Source of the DNA: a virus | Lineage: Duplodnaviria; Caudoviricetes | Length of the DNA stretch: 24,292 nucleotides | IMG/VR virus record: IMGVR_UViG_3300005405_000349 | Span: 1 to 24,292 of that record | Reading direction: 5' to 3' (one strand) | Shown here: piece by piece, positions 23,377 through 24,292 of the stretch | Numbering within the stretch: position 1 is the first letter of the stretch | Layout of the letters: every line of letters begins with the position of its first letter | Position numbers and translations under genes: made by a program | The notes under the pieces: model-generated | The model's database searches: none | The model's input: only the letters and a program-made list of their open reading frames with translations | Told to the model about the DNA's origin: nothing

Positions 23377-23855
23377 GCCGGCAGCCCCCAGCAGATGATC
23401 CCCTCGGGGACGGTGATCTTCTGACTCTGGAACCCCTCGAAGTAGAGGTCCAGGCCGCGCTCCCTGGCGGTCTGCTCCGCGAACCGGAGCGCCTCGTGCC
23501 GCTCGGTGCCGCGGTACGACCGGTCTGAATAGGGCGTGTCCGAGAGACCGTCGATGATGTACCCGTCGTCGAAGGACGGGCCGTCGGCGAGGACGGGGAC
23601 GTGGAGGATGCCGATCGTGATCTGGATGCTCCCCAGGTCCATCTTCTGCCGGTGGATCCGGACGACGTCGACCCAGGGCATCGCCTCGAGCTCCGCGATC
23701 CGATCCCGGATGAGGGAGAGCGAATGGCTGGCTTCTCGCATGGCCCTGCCGAGCTTCTCTGTGGCGTAGCGTCGAGAGTTTTCGAGCCATTCGACCCGGA
23801 ATTCAGCCTTGATCTCCTCCTCATCAGTCCGGCTCCCGTGACAGTAGCGGGTCAT
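23373..23855 (-). CDS. Hypothetical protein (160 aa)
   Basis: GAGGTG SD, TGATG overlap, protein-like composition; no family recognised. Confidence 0.75.
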   Translation of the reverse strand: MTRYCHGSRTDEEEIKAEFRVEWLENSRRYATEKLGRAMREASHSLSLIRDRIAELEAMPWVDVVRIHRQKMDLGSIQITIGILHVPVLADGPSFDDGYIIDGLSDTPYSDRSYRGTERHEALRFAEQTARERGLDLYFEGFQSQKITVPEGIICWGLPA

Positions 23856-24292
23856 CAGAGCACCTCAGCGAATGCCGGCGAGACGTTCATCGGGGTGATC
23901 GCCCCGGCGACGTGGTAGGCCTGCGAGGGGCTGACCCCCAGGAAGTCGAACACGGCCGCAGCCCGGTGTGCCCGGGCGAACCGGACGAGCGCCTCGTCGG
24001 TCGACGTGCCCATGAGGCCGGCGAGGGTCACGGGGTCGGCATCGGCCTGGCAGGCGGCGACGAGGCTCTTGTCGAGCAGGTGCGCCAGGTCGTCCGAGGT
24101 CGGATCTTCCGCGGCCGGGTCGAGCCGGACGTGCAGGAAGTCCATTTTCCGGTTGAGTTCGATCGCGAGGAGCCAGAGCCGGCGCCCGTCGCAGAGATGC
24201 TCGGTCGGGTCGGCGCCAATGCGGAACTCGTAGATCCGCTGTCCAACGGCAGCCGGGACAGTTGTTTGATACTTGAAGGTCGGGGATATCAT
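23855..24292 (-). CDS. Hypothetical protein (possibly 5'-truncated)
   Basis: Open frame up to the window edge; stop overlaps the next ATG. Confidence 0.7.
   Translation of the reverse strand: MISPTFKYQTTVPAAVGQRIYEFRIGADPTEHLCDGRRLWLLAIELNRKMDFLHVRLDPAAEDPTSDDLAHLLDKSLVAACQADADPVTLAGLMGTSTDEALVRFARAHRAAAVFDFLGVSPSQAYHVAGAITPMNVSPAFAEVL

Larger units (their letters stand above)
1..24292 (-). mobile_element. Tailed virus/provirus segment (siphovirus-like Caudoviricetes), probably archaeal
   Basis: Co-oriented replication, packaging, head, neck and tail genes in canonical order. TATA-box leaderless promoters at 9546 and 15184. No integrase, att site or host gene in the window, so free virus versus provirus cannot be decided. 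Confidence 0.95.

Noticed and set aside
198-24233. Numerous long plus-strand ORFs (e.g. 12737..14557, 7818..9041, 2126..3100)
   Set aside because: Antisense shadows of high-GC minus-strand genes; Arg/Gly/Pro-rich or mirror composition, no motifs; the minus strand is already fully tiled.
1-24292. Integrase/att sites, tRNA, DGR reverse transcriptase, intein, tail sheath
   Set aside because: No supporting motifs seen; TerL and helicase lengths leave no room for inteins.

Overview
The whole window is part of a high-GC (roughly two-thirds GC by eye) tailed dsDNA virus or provirus (Caudoviricetes, siphovirus-type: long tape measure, no sheath gene). About 45 tightly packed genes all lie on the minus strand, mostly joined by ATGA/GTGA/TGATG overlaps. 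Reading right to left there is an early/replication block (microproteins, integrase-core-binding-like proteins, Holliday junction resolvase, D5/P4-type SF3 helicase followed by an iteron-like origin, a beta-helix protein, DUF4406). Then come two late units that start at TATA-box promoters with leaderless ATGs: holin-like gene, TerS, TerL, portal, MuF, acetyltransferase and regulator; then protease/scaffold, decoration protein, MCP, neck, tail tube, chaperone, tape measure and tail-tip genes. The TATA promoters, leaderless starts and GGAGGTGA-type SD point to an archaeal host; a methanogen is my inference. Most notable: a +1 frameshift (TTT-CGG) in the tail chaperone; an apparently non-AUG start for the helicase; a GTGCCA iteron origin; a sugar O-acetyltransferase plus HTH/CcdA-like regulator cassette next to a 3x10-bp repeat promoter; a pectate-lyase-like protein outside the tail module (candidate lysin); and four stand-alone integrase core-binding-like domains. 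All family calls come from motif recognition by eye, not from database searches.
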